Source: Lingula anatina (taxonomy: Eukaryota > Animalia > Brachiopoda). From it: DNA of 64,000 nucleotides. This document shows positions 14,130 to 25,452 of the stretch, piece after piece. The notes beneath the pieces are model-generated. The model was not told the origin of the DNA. It searched no databases and saw nothing but the letters and a program-made list of their open reading frames with translations. The DNA is taken from assembly GCA_051362555.1 (NCBI GenBank), contig CM120648.1, forward strand, positions 19,340,587 through 19,404,586, in the 5' to 3' direction. The translations under genes and the position numbers were made by a program. Positions within the stretch are counted from its first letter, which is position 1. Every line of letters starts with the position of its first letter.

Positions 14130-14790
14130 TCTGATGGTTTTTAGAAGCTACTGTCCCTGTGATTCATCGCCTAATATTGTTTTTATCTCAAGGTCAAACA
14201 GGCCAAAATCTCCTAAAAATGGGGGTTTAAAAAACATATATATGTTTGTGCCAATTTTTAGAAACTACACTGACCTAAGTGGGGGGATTACATTTTGGGA
14301 CTTCATCTTCGGGAGTTTGGGGTCAATCGGTGCATTTTCACAGGAGAGGCAGCCGTTAGATGCCAAAGCTGAAAACTCTCTATTATTCCAGAACCCTAAA
14401 TACAAGAAACCTCTTGTTTTTTGCATTACGTAGAGCTTGTCAAGCTCAATTGATACGTACTGGGGTTGGAATCCATTTTTTTGTTTGTTTTTGATATGTA
14501 GGTTAGGAGTTGTGCTATATAAAAAATTACATTTCGATAAACAGTAGTGAAACAAAATGTGAAATACTCAAAAACTGGCAGAGATACACCCATGGTTACT
14601 ATTGATTTTGAATAAGAAGTCACATACTGGCAGCCAAACTGTGACCTTGAAATTGACCTTTGACCTACTTTTCATCATGTACTAAGTCTTGCAAATTTTT
14701 TGCCTCTTTTTATCTGCAAAAATGGCAGAGATACACTTATAGTTACTATTGACCTTGAATAGGAAGTCATATATACTGGCAATCTTACTC
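14130..14790. mobile_element. Degenerate copy of the HINE at 49957-52288
   Basis: Shares tttggggtcaatcggtgcatttt, caaggtcaaacagg and two ~145-bp units (tgtgaccttgaaattgacctttgacc). Confidence 0.7.
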
Positions 14791-15889
14791 TACGCTGCTT
14801 TGTAATCTGGAACATAGTAAATCTTACACGTCAGACTTTGTGTGCAAATCGACTTTGTGATTTCTGATAAATGACTGTATACTTCTCTTTGTTCTTCAGC
14901 AGTGATTCAGTATCCAGATTACACACCCTTTTTATCTATCTATTTTACTCAAAGTTTGTTTTACCCTGATATAAATAACGCACCATAGTATTTTTGGGAA
15001 TTTCTCAATTCAGTTGAATTCAAAATTTTTAATTTAGCTGCGATTTATCGACTTTTGTCATCATGAAAATATGAGATTTTACATAACACACTAATACCCA
15101 ATGCATTTTCCATTTGAAAAAAAAAAAAAACATTTCCACCAATTTAGAGTAGGTATGAGGGAGTTTTTGTGCAGGGGTGGAGCGATAAGGGGGAGTATCG
15201 GTGCAGGAAAATATAAGTACAGGAAGTATTGGTGCGGGAAATTTAAACTGTGATGTACCTTATACACATGTAGGTACTGGGAATTGTCGGCGCGGGGGTT
15301 GTATAGGTATAAGAGTATGGAGGAGTATTTGTGCAGGGACTTAAAGCACAGGGGAGTATCTATCAAGGGACATACACAGATAGGTACGGAGAGAATTGGT
15401 GTCGGGGCGTATAAGGTACGCTGCAGTTTAGTAGCAGTAGCGAAAGTGTACCAGTATTATGTTAAAAATTTGACGTTGTGACAGGAAAGGTAGTTTTAAT
15501 GGGTGGATTCAAACATGGTCGTAGGCACGATCTGTACATATTTCTGTAACATAAATTGAGCACTCCAATAACCTTTTCCCAGCCTATTTTGTCTTGATAT
15601 TATCCTCCTCTGTGCTGCTCCTTCATTTACTGTTTAAATTCACTTCCTTTCTTGATTGACACTCCTTCCATCATCTCATCATCATCATTTAGACATAGCT
15701 GTTCAGTCTTGCTACTACTCACCTCCATCCTGTTACTCTCAAGCACATATGCAGGCATCCACCTCTCTAGATTTTCTCTCGCTTCCTCTCTGCTATCGCT
15801 TCACAATAAATATAACATCTGCAAACATCATCGTTCACCTTATCCATGAGTCCTTTTGTCAATCTGAAGCATAACATTTGTATTACCAG

Positions 15890-16120
15890 GTGAGTTTAAT
15901 GAACGGCTTCAACGGTTGTGTGAAAGTGGTAAGATTCCAGTATACCGACAGCGAGTAGCTATTGTTGGACCTTACGGTGTGGGAAAGACTCATCTCGCCA
16001 AGCGCCTTATCCATGAGGAATATATCAAAGAAGAAGATGCAAATACAACTGGCGTGGATATATACCGCCATAGGTGTGTTGTCCATAAAGCTGGCCGATC
16101 CTGTTGGATCAGAGGAAAAG
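15890..16120 (+). CDS. Exon 2: Roc GTPase P-loop (G1) and switch I (G2)
   Basis: ccag acceptor and gtaagc donor, phase 1-1. RVAIVGPYGVGKTHLAKRL...TTGVDI. Confidence 0.9.
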
Positions 16121-16572
16121 GTAAGCAGAATATAGGAAAACGTTAGACACATATGGAATTTGTTTATAAAGAATACAACGAACAGAAGGTAAGACATTTT
16201 CAATTTTAGCACATAATTCACAATATTAAGGAATTATACATACATGTACTTGTGGGTGTCGAAATGTGTCCTTCCATATCTTAGTATGGTAGACGAGGGG
16301 CTGAGTGAAAAAGTACCTAAATAAGTGGTGCCTTTGTATTGTTATCAATCAATTGACGTACATGACACTTAATAATCTACTCTTGCAGCCCATTGATTAT
16401 TTTTTAACTGGGTACAAACACGATAATTTCAATCTCTGTAAAAACACCATGCTTTATTTTAATCAATATTGAATTAAATTTTTCAACGGTGTAGCCTGAT
16501 ACGTACACTCAGAAAAGGTACATTTAGATACAACGCTTGATCTAACTGTATGATCCTTCCAACTATTCTCAG

Positions 16573-16728
16573 ATGATCCAAAAGACCAGTTTGCACAAAA
16601 CATGGCAATTGGAGTACAGAATTCAGATACGTTTTGTGAGCCGGACTTAACAGTATTGGACCAAACGCCACTAGAGGAATCCCTACCAGATTCAGAAGTG
16701 AATATTAATAACATGCTGACAAATAGAG
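16573..16728 (+). CDS. Exon 3: acidic insert within the Roc domain
   Basis: ttctcag acceptor, gtattg donor, 156 nt, open in phase 1-1 (DDPKDQFAQNMAIGVQ...NMLTNR). Confidence 0.7.
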
Positions 16729-17016
16729 GTATTGTACATGATTGTCTCGAATAGGTCATCTTGGTGCAATTTAAACAGATATTTGTAGTTATTCTTCTTT
16801 TTTGCCAAGAGATTCCACCTTCTATGTGTTTTTCGTTGGCCATTCCACATATATGTGCCTTGAAGACAGCATCCCGAATTTTATTTTATATGTTTAAATT
16901 TTGTAAAGAAATTCCTTTCTAAATTCTTTTATCTTAGCCATGATTTTGTTTACTTTAAAGTTGAGTCATTTTCTGCTAGAATGGTGTTTGATATTATTCT
17001 TCTCTTTATTCTACAG

Positions 17017-17067
17017 CCGCTCCCCCTGATGACAGTGAATTACCTGCCTCTCCTGACAAAACAGCAG
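17017..17067 (+). CDS. Exon 4: 51-nt Pro/acidic linker exon
   Basis: Strong polypyrimidine tract plus ctacag; donor CAG|gtaaat; AAPPDDSELPASPDKTA; phase 1-1. Confidence 0.7.
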
Positions 17068-18575
17068 GTAAATAGTGCACATGTAGTAAAACAAGATTCT
17101 CGTGTATTCTTAGCTTGCCGATTAGGTATGTGAGTGTCTACATTCTTATTTTCATCAAACTGGGACTTAGAACTCACATGGGCATCAAGCCCAGTGGTAA
17201 TCAAATTTTCTTACTGTCCATGTTTTTAATAGAAGATAATTAAAATTTTGTGGTATTTATACAGTTGACCATTATGTTATATTGCATCAAAAACCTACTT
17301 TGTGCACTATCACCATAACGTCATAAAAAGAAAACTGTTACCTTTTTTTTTATTTACAAAAAATGGTTCTTAGGATTGACAAACAGCTTAAATTAGAAAA
17401 CCAGCTCTTTTGAATTATCGTTTTTATCGAATTATGCATTTTTTGTGAAATTTTTATTTATCTCATTCTGGTATGAGCTTGAACTCTTATGGGCCTGAAG
17501 CCTTATGCTTTTACTTACATCGTTATATACTATTGTGCATAATTAAATTTTGGGGTTGACTGTGCAGTAAAGCATTGTATTACATTAGAACTGACAGTCT
17601 CCTATTTTATGCATTATTATTTTCTGCTTTTTTAAAATTGTGACTTAGACATTTCATGGGCCTGAATACCTTTGCTAGTCACATTTGGGTGACAAGCCTC
17701 TAATCTTCCCTTGGGTAACTACTAGCTAAATTCAGAGCTATAAGGTCACTTGCCTAATTAAGTTTCAAGTGGCAATTAAATGAGATTATATAAAACACAC
17801 ATGTTGAGATTCCCTGTAAACTCCCATAGGTTAAGTTCTCTGCCAATTAACAGTGTCCATAATAGGGAAGCAGTGATAATTATGCAGATAAATGTTGTTT
17901 AATATTGCAAATACGTTTTCAAAAAAATTATTTTGTATTATGCCAACATTAATGCTGTATATGAACAAAAGTGCCTTATTATCCTCAAACTCAATGGGGT
18001 TATTCATATCATGCTAATACAGTAAGATTAAAAGTTTGAAAAGCAGCTTTACTGGAATAATTTTGTTACGTTTTGTTTTTAATTTTTTCAAACACTGAGA
18101 ATTTCAACTAACTCCCCTCCACCTGAAGCTCTGCACATTTTCTTTTTTTCCACATAGGCAGTTGTATTGGTTATCATGTCTTTAAACATTATTTAACATT
18201 ATATTATTCTATGCACTGCTTTCATTTGTCAAATATTGTGATTTTCATTATGTGAATTTGAACTCTCGTGGTCCTGAAACTGTAATCTTATCATAGGGGC
18301 AGATTGGGATCGTGTTCAGGGTTTTCCGGAAGATGGTCAGATTTTAAAGTTTACATTGACGGGTATCTATTTTTTCTGTTGGAAGACCATCAAAAACGGA
18401 GGATGGATTAACAAAGATATTTTAAAATACTGTCAGAAAATACATTTAGATCCGCTCCTGTTATTGACCATGTTACCTGTTGTGCATGACTTAAATTCAG
18501 TGTCGATTGACCGTGCTATTACAAGTATTATTTATTATTGCATCAAAATGAGAAATTAACCTATTTTCTGCATTT

Positions 18576-18642
<67 letters not shown>

Positions 18643-18684
18643 TTTTTTTTTGTCTGTACATTGGACAGATTTGCTGCCTTGTTT

Positions 18685-19378
18685 TATCTGGGTACAAACA
18701 CGATAATTTAATTTTCTGTGAAATAACAGTCTTCTTTACATGACTGAGGATTGAATCAAAATTTTCAACTGTGCAGTCTAATACGTACCCTCAGAAAATA
18801 GTAAATTTAGATACAACTCTAGGTCTGTGATCAGAGAATATTAATAATATGCTGACAAATAGAGTTATCGTACATGATTGTCTCGAATAGTTCCTCTTGG
18901 TGCAATTTAAACAGATACTTGTAGTTATTTTTCTTTTTTGCCAAGAGATTCCACCTTCTATGTGTTTTTCGTTGGCCATTATACCTTGAAGACTGGGCGC
19001 TTGATACCAATTATACTTGATCTTATTAGACCCATTTTCAATGTAATTTATTTATTTTTATACAATATTTTTACAATATCCCAAAGTTAAATTATATGTT
19101 AAAAGTTTGTAAAGAAATTCCTTTATCTTGGCCATGTTTTTGTTTACTTAAAGATTGAGTCATTTTCTGCTAGAATGGTGTTTGATATTCTTCTTCTCTT
19201 TATTCTACAGCCGCTCCCCCTGATGACAGTGAATCACCTGCCTCTCCTAACAAAACAGCAGGTAAATAGTGCACATGTAAAAAAACAAGATTCTCGTGTA
19301 TTGCTCAGAATGTTCGAGAGTTTTTCTTAGCTTGCTGATTAGGTATGTGAGTTTCTACTTTCTTATTTTCATCAAACT
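18685..19378 (+). repeat. Diverged duplicate of 16405-17160
   Basis: Colinear similarity (the antisense ORFs MANEKHIEGGISWQK occur twice). The exon-3 copy is mostly deleted; the exon-4 copy is intact. Confidence 0.85.
19211..19261 (+). CDS. Exon 5: duplicate of exon 4
   Basis: Same splice sites, 2 substitutions; AAPPDDSESPASPNKTA. Confidence 0.6.
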
Positions 19379-19736
19379 GTCTGTGCAGTAAAATTGGCAA
19401 TACCTTACAATTTTAATTAATTTTAATGAATGTTAAAACATTCAGTGTTTATTACCCCGTTGTGTGTTGAACTTACCTACTTGTATTCATCAGAGAGGAT
19501 ACATTTTTAAGAATAGTGGTTTCCCCCAAATTGCCAATAAACCTTCAGAAACAGACGAAAGCTTGTAATATATCTGATATCTGTTTCACAAAGTTAATTG
19601 ACACTAAACGCATTGAAATTATGTGAATAATTACGATACTTTTTATGCTAAAAAGTATTATTTTAACCGCAATGTTTATTGTACAGTCCCTCTCAAAGGT
19701 GAAAGTGGATCTCATACCTCTAGGGAAGAAAACATG

Positions 19737-22700
19737 TAGTCTAGATGATTCGTGCAAAAATTGATTAATAGGTGGAAAAAAGCATGAAACTTGGCACAAA
19801 TGTTTTTTTGACTATGCTGATTATTTTCAAGGGTAGTGCCCGAAATTTTAAATCATTGCTTAGCAACCGTTGCTAAGGAAGTGATTTACTTTAGTAACAA
19901 GCTAATTGGACCTTTCTTGTTCAGTTTAAATAATTTAAAATGGTTTTAATAATGCTTCAAGCCATCAGAACTATCACTATACTATTTTAAGCCACCAAAA
20001 GCCTAAGTAAACCATTGCAACATTTGCTAGACAGCACATTGCCCTAACAACAAGTATTTAATAATATATATTTGATAATATTTTATAATATATGTTCAGA
20101 TATCTCTGTAGCATTTTTCATATCCTCCAGTTCCTTCCCGTCCTTTTGTTCCCATTCTACATATACTAACATGTTTCTTAATTATTAAGAAAGGTACATA
20201 AATATTGTATGCTTGCACAAACCCAAATACAAAAATATTCGGAGATCTATCAATGACCACACCTAAATTATAGCGGGGAAAATGATACACTCTAGCGCCC
20301 AAACATTTTATACATGTGGGAAAAAAAAAAAAAAAAAAAACCTACAGAATATTTTCCCTAGCAGTGTTGCAAAATTCATAAGATAAGCATAAGTATTGAA
20401 TATTCTATGATTTATTCTGAATTGGAGCGACTTCAGTTTCATGTGATCTATTTCTTAAATGTTAGTTCCCAATTATCTGTACTCAAGATTTTTTAAACAG
20501 ATTTGTCTGCCATTCACTTACACCTTTATCTGGTTATATTATATGGCTTTCAAGGATTTTTTGTGAAAAAATATCTGGATGGTTTGGTAACTTGTTTAAT
20601 CAAGTCAATTATTTCTTGGAATGTTATGTGTAATTTCCTTCCATGGGAAGAGATAGCCATTCAGATGGTAAGCTCTTTTGGAAATAGCCTAGAAAGGTAG
20701 TATTTTAAAGTTGATTTTTTGTTGAGTTCTTCTAGAGAGAGGGGATTTCAAATGTCATTTATAATAAATATCATTGATGTAAAATAAGCCATTTATACAA
20801 CATCTTTTATGGAATTTTTTTTTCCATTTCTTTCAATTTTTGAGCTTTGACATAATGGTTGTGATAGGATTTCATCTGGGGTTAAATTGGGATTTTCCTG
20901 AATTTCACCCAAAGAACCAATAATCTTTGCCAGAAGGGATTAGAAGTTGCTTTTAGTATTTAGAATTTTTATTACACCTTTTGTAACTGCCGATTCCTGA
21001 CATTTCACCGAGAAAAACGCTTTCCACTTACTCTTATTTTCTTCATAAAGAAGTCTTTTAAGCCATATAAATTTTAGGGCCTTGGTAAAATTTTTATTTG
21101 CGGTACCTTTTACCGTCCATTTTAGTAATCAGATGCCATCTTTGCTCATTTTATTTTGGATCTTTTCCCATTGCTAATAAAGTTAAATATGATATTTGCA
21201 TATTTTTAAGTATTGAGGGAAGGGGGGGGGGGGGGGCTGGAAGGAGAGTTTACACAGACTTGACATTTAATATGGAATATTTCAGTTTCGATGGTATGCC
21301 TAGGTAGAAATGTGGTCTTTTTTTTCAAAAAATTCCGATCTCATATAAAATATATGAATGGGGAAGTGTGTAATCAGGTGTGTCGCTTCCAATTAAGTGA
21401 ATACCAGGTTTGTTGCGCTGCTGCATTATGTAATATGCAGTCATTTAATTTGGTAGTACGCCTTTGGGCAGGTCAAAGATTGGCTTTGGCAAAGCATGGT
21501 TCTGTCAAAAAAGTATACATATGTCGGCAACTTCTGCATAGAAAAATTTGAAATTTTGCATGCAAGTGGTCGGTTTTGCAGTGTGTAAAATGAGCTATGC
21601 AGTGCTTTACAAATTTTTATGTCTCCTTGATTGAAAAAAGTTCAATACGGTGTCAGAAAAAAAAAGCATTAAAGTGACAAACACAACTATGATGTTCGAA
21701 ATTTGGCCGATGCCGGCCGCTTTTATTGTGAATCCTTCTACTAAAATGAAATGAAGTTATTTTAAAAAGCTAAAATTGAATAATTGTGACAGTGCCAAAT
21801 TACGTACCTTTTATGCCTGAAAAGACTTTATTTCATATATAATTCCCAAACAACATAGTGCAGATGCTTTAATTTGTGGGGTTGCAAAGCTAATAACCAT
21901 ATATTTACTTGTTTGTCTTTCTTAAGATGCACTTTCAGTTGTAGTGCCCTAAGTATATAAGTAAGTGAACCCCAGTATTCGAGATGTGTGAAGGGTGGGG
22001 GTTGATAGACATTTTTTTACCTCCGTGGAAATGACAGTGGAACATCGGATTTGAGGGAGTACATGTAATAAATGTGAATAAATGGTATTAAATATGGATA
22101 TCTTAACCGCTAGTTTGTATTTTCTGTACCACTTATCATGTTAGTTATGGTATATGGAATGAAAATCGCCATTCATGGCAATTGACTCCTGTGATGTGAT
22201 CATTTATAAATAAACGCACATGAAACTGGGGGTGGGACAACCTTTTTGACCAATGTTGTATAAGAGTTGTCTTGCGAGATGAACATATCTGAATCAGCAC
22301 TACGGTGCCATGTCATCAGATACCATGTGCTCACTCTGGTTGGACTTGTGTGGAACAGTGGACTCTTGTGGACACATTTGCCAGAATCTATTGTTCTGCC
22401 CAGAGTTGCTGCAGTGTGCACGTAGGAGCAGATGTAGAGGCTGACAATGTGCAAGGGCAAAATGCACTGTATATTGCACATGCAAGGGGGATTGTAACGC
22501 CTTAAATATTTCAAAGTTTATAAAGAGTTGTTAGGTGATAAAAACAAGGAAATGACTAGTTACTAACTTTGAACACGCTGCCTTGAGTATTTGCAGCGGC
22601 AATGCTTACGGGATTGAAAGTATGAATATCTTGCTCAAAATTGTAGTTCCTAGCTAGTATTTTAGATTTGCCTTACTTAATAGACTAACGCAACTTTATA

Positions 22701-23737
22701 TGCTTGTTGCTAGGGTAATATACTGCCTAGCAACTGTGGAAAGGTTAATTTGGGTTTTAATTGCCTTAGAATAGTCTAGGGATAGTTCTGATGCCCTGAA
22801 GCATTGTTATTAGCATTTCTAAATCATTTAAACTGGACGAGAAAGGTCTAATCAGGTTGCGCAACAAGGTTATTTTCAGTTGCACCCTGAATTACGCTCG
22901 CTTGCTCCGCAAGGTGTCGCCTATGGTGGTGGGGCAGCACAGCACATATGGTAACTGTGGCGAAGGTGACAGGTACTTCAACGCATTTTTTCATAATTGT
23001 CATTATTCCTCATTCTATTCACAAATTTGATATTTACGGCAATGGAAAATGTGGCACTGGCAAAAGTGGGTCTTGGTGCGTTGACAGGCTGCACAGGTGT
23101 CCCCAATTAACCGCCGCCAGAGGAGAGACCCCAAGCATTAAACAACACAACCTGTAGATATTGGAAATTTGGCAAAAGTTAAGCAACTGAGGCTTTATTA
23201 GATATGGGCAGAAATGGAGAGGAATATCCAGTGACATGTTCAAGTCTTGGCCCTTGACACCAGTAACGCACCCCTTAGTCAAGAATCTGAACAAATCAAT
23301 GTTGGGCAGGTATGCTCTATTTTCTACAGGCGTTTTGTGATTTTATCAACTTGATTGTCAAGTGCCAGACCTTTTGTTCCCAGGTACTACTTCTCCTAAT
23401 AATAATAAGCAAACTTTATCAGATAGCAATCTGACACTAACCATGCTGCACTAACAGAGCTGTAAACCCAGTTATCAGTGCTGTCATCTTTACCTGTATC
23501 TCTACCGGTATTATGCCAATGGTACGTTTGATATATTTCAGTACGGAAATATGCTTTGATGCTTATATTTATTTGTAATACGTTAGCATCAACCTGTTTA
23601 AAAAAAAAACTCGGAACCTTTCAATGTTATTACAAAATAACAGTATAATGATGGGAAATGTTATAGTTAAATGCTTAGTTAGAAGAAATAATAAAAACAT
23701 ATTATGTGAAATATAAAAGGAATTGATTTTATTTGGG

Positions 23738-23776
<39 letters not shown>

Positions 23777-24654
23777 TTTCAAACCAGCATAAAATTTGAC
23801 TTTCTCTTGTTTAAGCATAGCCACTTTATCAAAATGTGCTTGAACAAATAATAACAAACAAACATGATGGAACATGGAGGTCAATTGCCACAAAACTAAG
23901 TTGATTTGTACTTGGTAGCTTGAGAAATAATATCAAGTATTAATTGAGCAGTAATAATACCACAGAGTTAACAAGGTCACAAGGATAGGGTGTTATGTAA
24001 CAAAATTCATGCATAACTTCCTGTGGCAGTGTCCTCCCCAACCTATCGTGCACCGCAGGTTTTGATTTTTAATGTCATAATTTTTTTTTTTTTGTTAGTT
24101 TGATCTATGTATCTGCTATTCAAATAATATCGTTTGGAAAATAACTAATTTAATTATGCTTTTGCAACATGAAATTATCATTAACTTTGCTGGTTCACGT
24201 GTACACAGTACTTTGCTATCAGTGCTGCTCTTTTCTGCCCAACTCGCCAATGACGGGCTAACCACACCGTTTCAAAACAACATTGGTATGATCCTTTACT
24301 TTTGGTGTTGGTAGTTTCGTCCCAGGGACATCGTCTTCGGTTAAAAACAACGAATCGTTTTCACCCATTTTGCACTGCTCCTGTACAAAATGTCCGCTTG
24401 CTGCCCGCCCAGTTGAAAAATCGTAGCACGTGGGTAGTTACGCAAGATCTGTGACGTGTAACGCGCGCAAGGTTATTAGCTTGTTAGTAAGAAAATTCAC
24501 TTCCATAGCAACGGTTGCTAAGCAACGCTTTGAAATTTTGGGCACTGCCCTTGAAAATGATCAGCATAGTCCAAAGAACAATTGTGCCAAGTTTTACGCT
24601 TTTTCCACATTCTGAGCAATTTGGCCAATATATAGCACCAATCATCCAGACTAA
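19737..24654. mobile_element. Decayed ~4.9-kb DNA transposon with long TIRs (Academ-like, tentative)
   Basis: Imperfect ~170-bp inverted repeats 19737-19905 vs 24477-24654 (aaacttggcaca, cttagcaaccgttgct). TAG...CTA termini and apparent ATG 3-bp TSD. Interior has only broken ORFs. Confidence 0.6.
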
Positions 24655-24989
24655 TGGGTAGTATAAGAATGTTGATAGTATGTCGATGTATGAACGATCC
24701 CTGACAAATTAAATAAATTAGATTGAAAGCATGTCTATTAATATTAATATCTAGTCTTCCTCTCCCCTCCCCCCCTCCCGAAGAAAGCTCACAAGCTGAA
24801 AGCTCGATCAGGCGCTTGATACCAGTTGATGTTATTAGACGCATTTTCAATCTAATTTATGTATTTTTATAAAATATACTGCGTGGTTAATACGGTGAAT
24901 ATGATGAATATGCACACATTGCAATACATAACAATATGCATTATGCTAAAATCAGTTAGTTCGGACATAGCTTATTGTATTCCTCGCAG

Positions 24990-25235
24990 TGGCAGAAAGG
25001 GACCATCTAGATGATATTGAAAAGGAGCTATTGGAAAAAATCGAGAAAATTGCCCGAGGAGAAGATGTGGAGCCAGAGAAACAGGTCACAATTTGGGATT
25101 TTGCAGGACAGGATGTCTACTACACCACGCACCAAACGTTCCTCTCAGAGCGGATCATCTACTTGTTGGTATTCCGACTTGACCAGGACCTCGATGATAA
25201 AATCCGTGTATACAGGGGAGAGAAGACGCTGAAAG
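24990..25235 (+). CDS. Exon 6: Roc G3/switch II
   Basis: VTIWDFAGQDVYYTTHQTFLSERIIYLLVF is the ROCO signature. cgcag acceptor, AAG|gtattg donor, phase 1-1. Confidence 0.93.
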
Positions 25236-25383
25236 GTATTGTTGAGGTTTATGTTTATATCTTTACATGTATAAGCTACTCAGGGCCCTCATGTAAATAA
25301 TGGCCTGTCAGCTGTGTGTAATTTCTGTATTAAAAGACCCACATTTTTAAATCTCTCTATTGCTCTTAATATATTGCTATATT

Positions 25384-25386
<3 letters not shown>

Positions 25387-25447
<61 letters not shown>
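25387..25447. repeat. (TA)n microsatellite at the hAT insertion site
   Basis: About 30 TA units; a short TA run continues after 30876. Confidence 0.95.

Positions 25448-25449
<2 letters not shown>

Positions 25450-25452
<3 letters not shown>

Noticed and set aside
15160-15430. Purine-rich degenerate gtgcaggg/gta repeats as an extra exon
   Set aside because: No convincing splice sites or protein similarity; low-complexity repeat.
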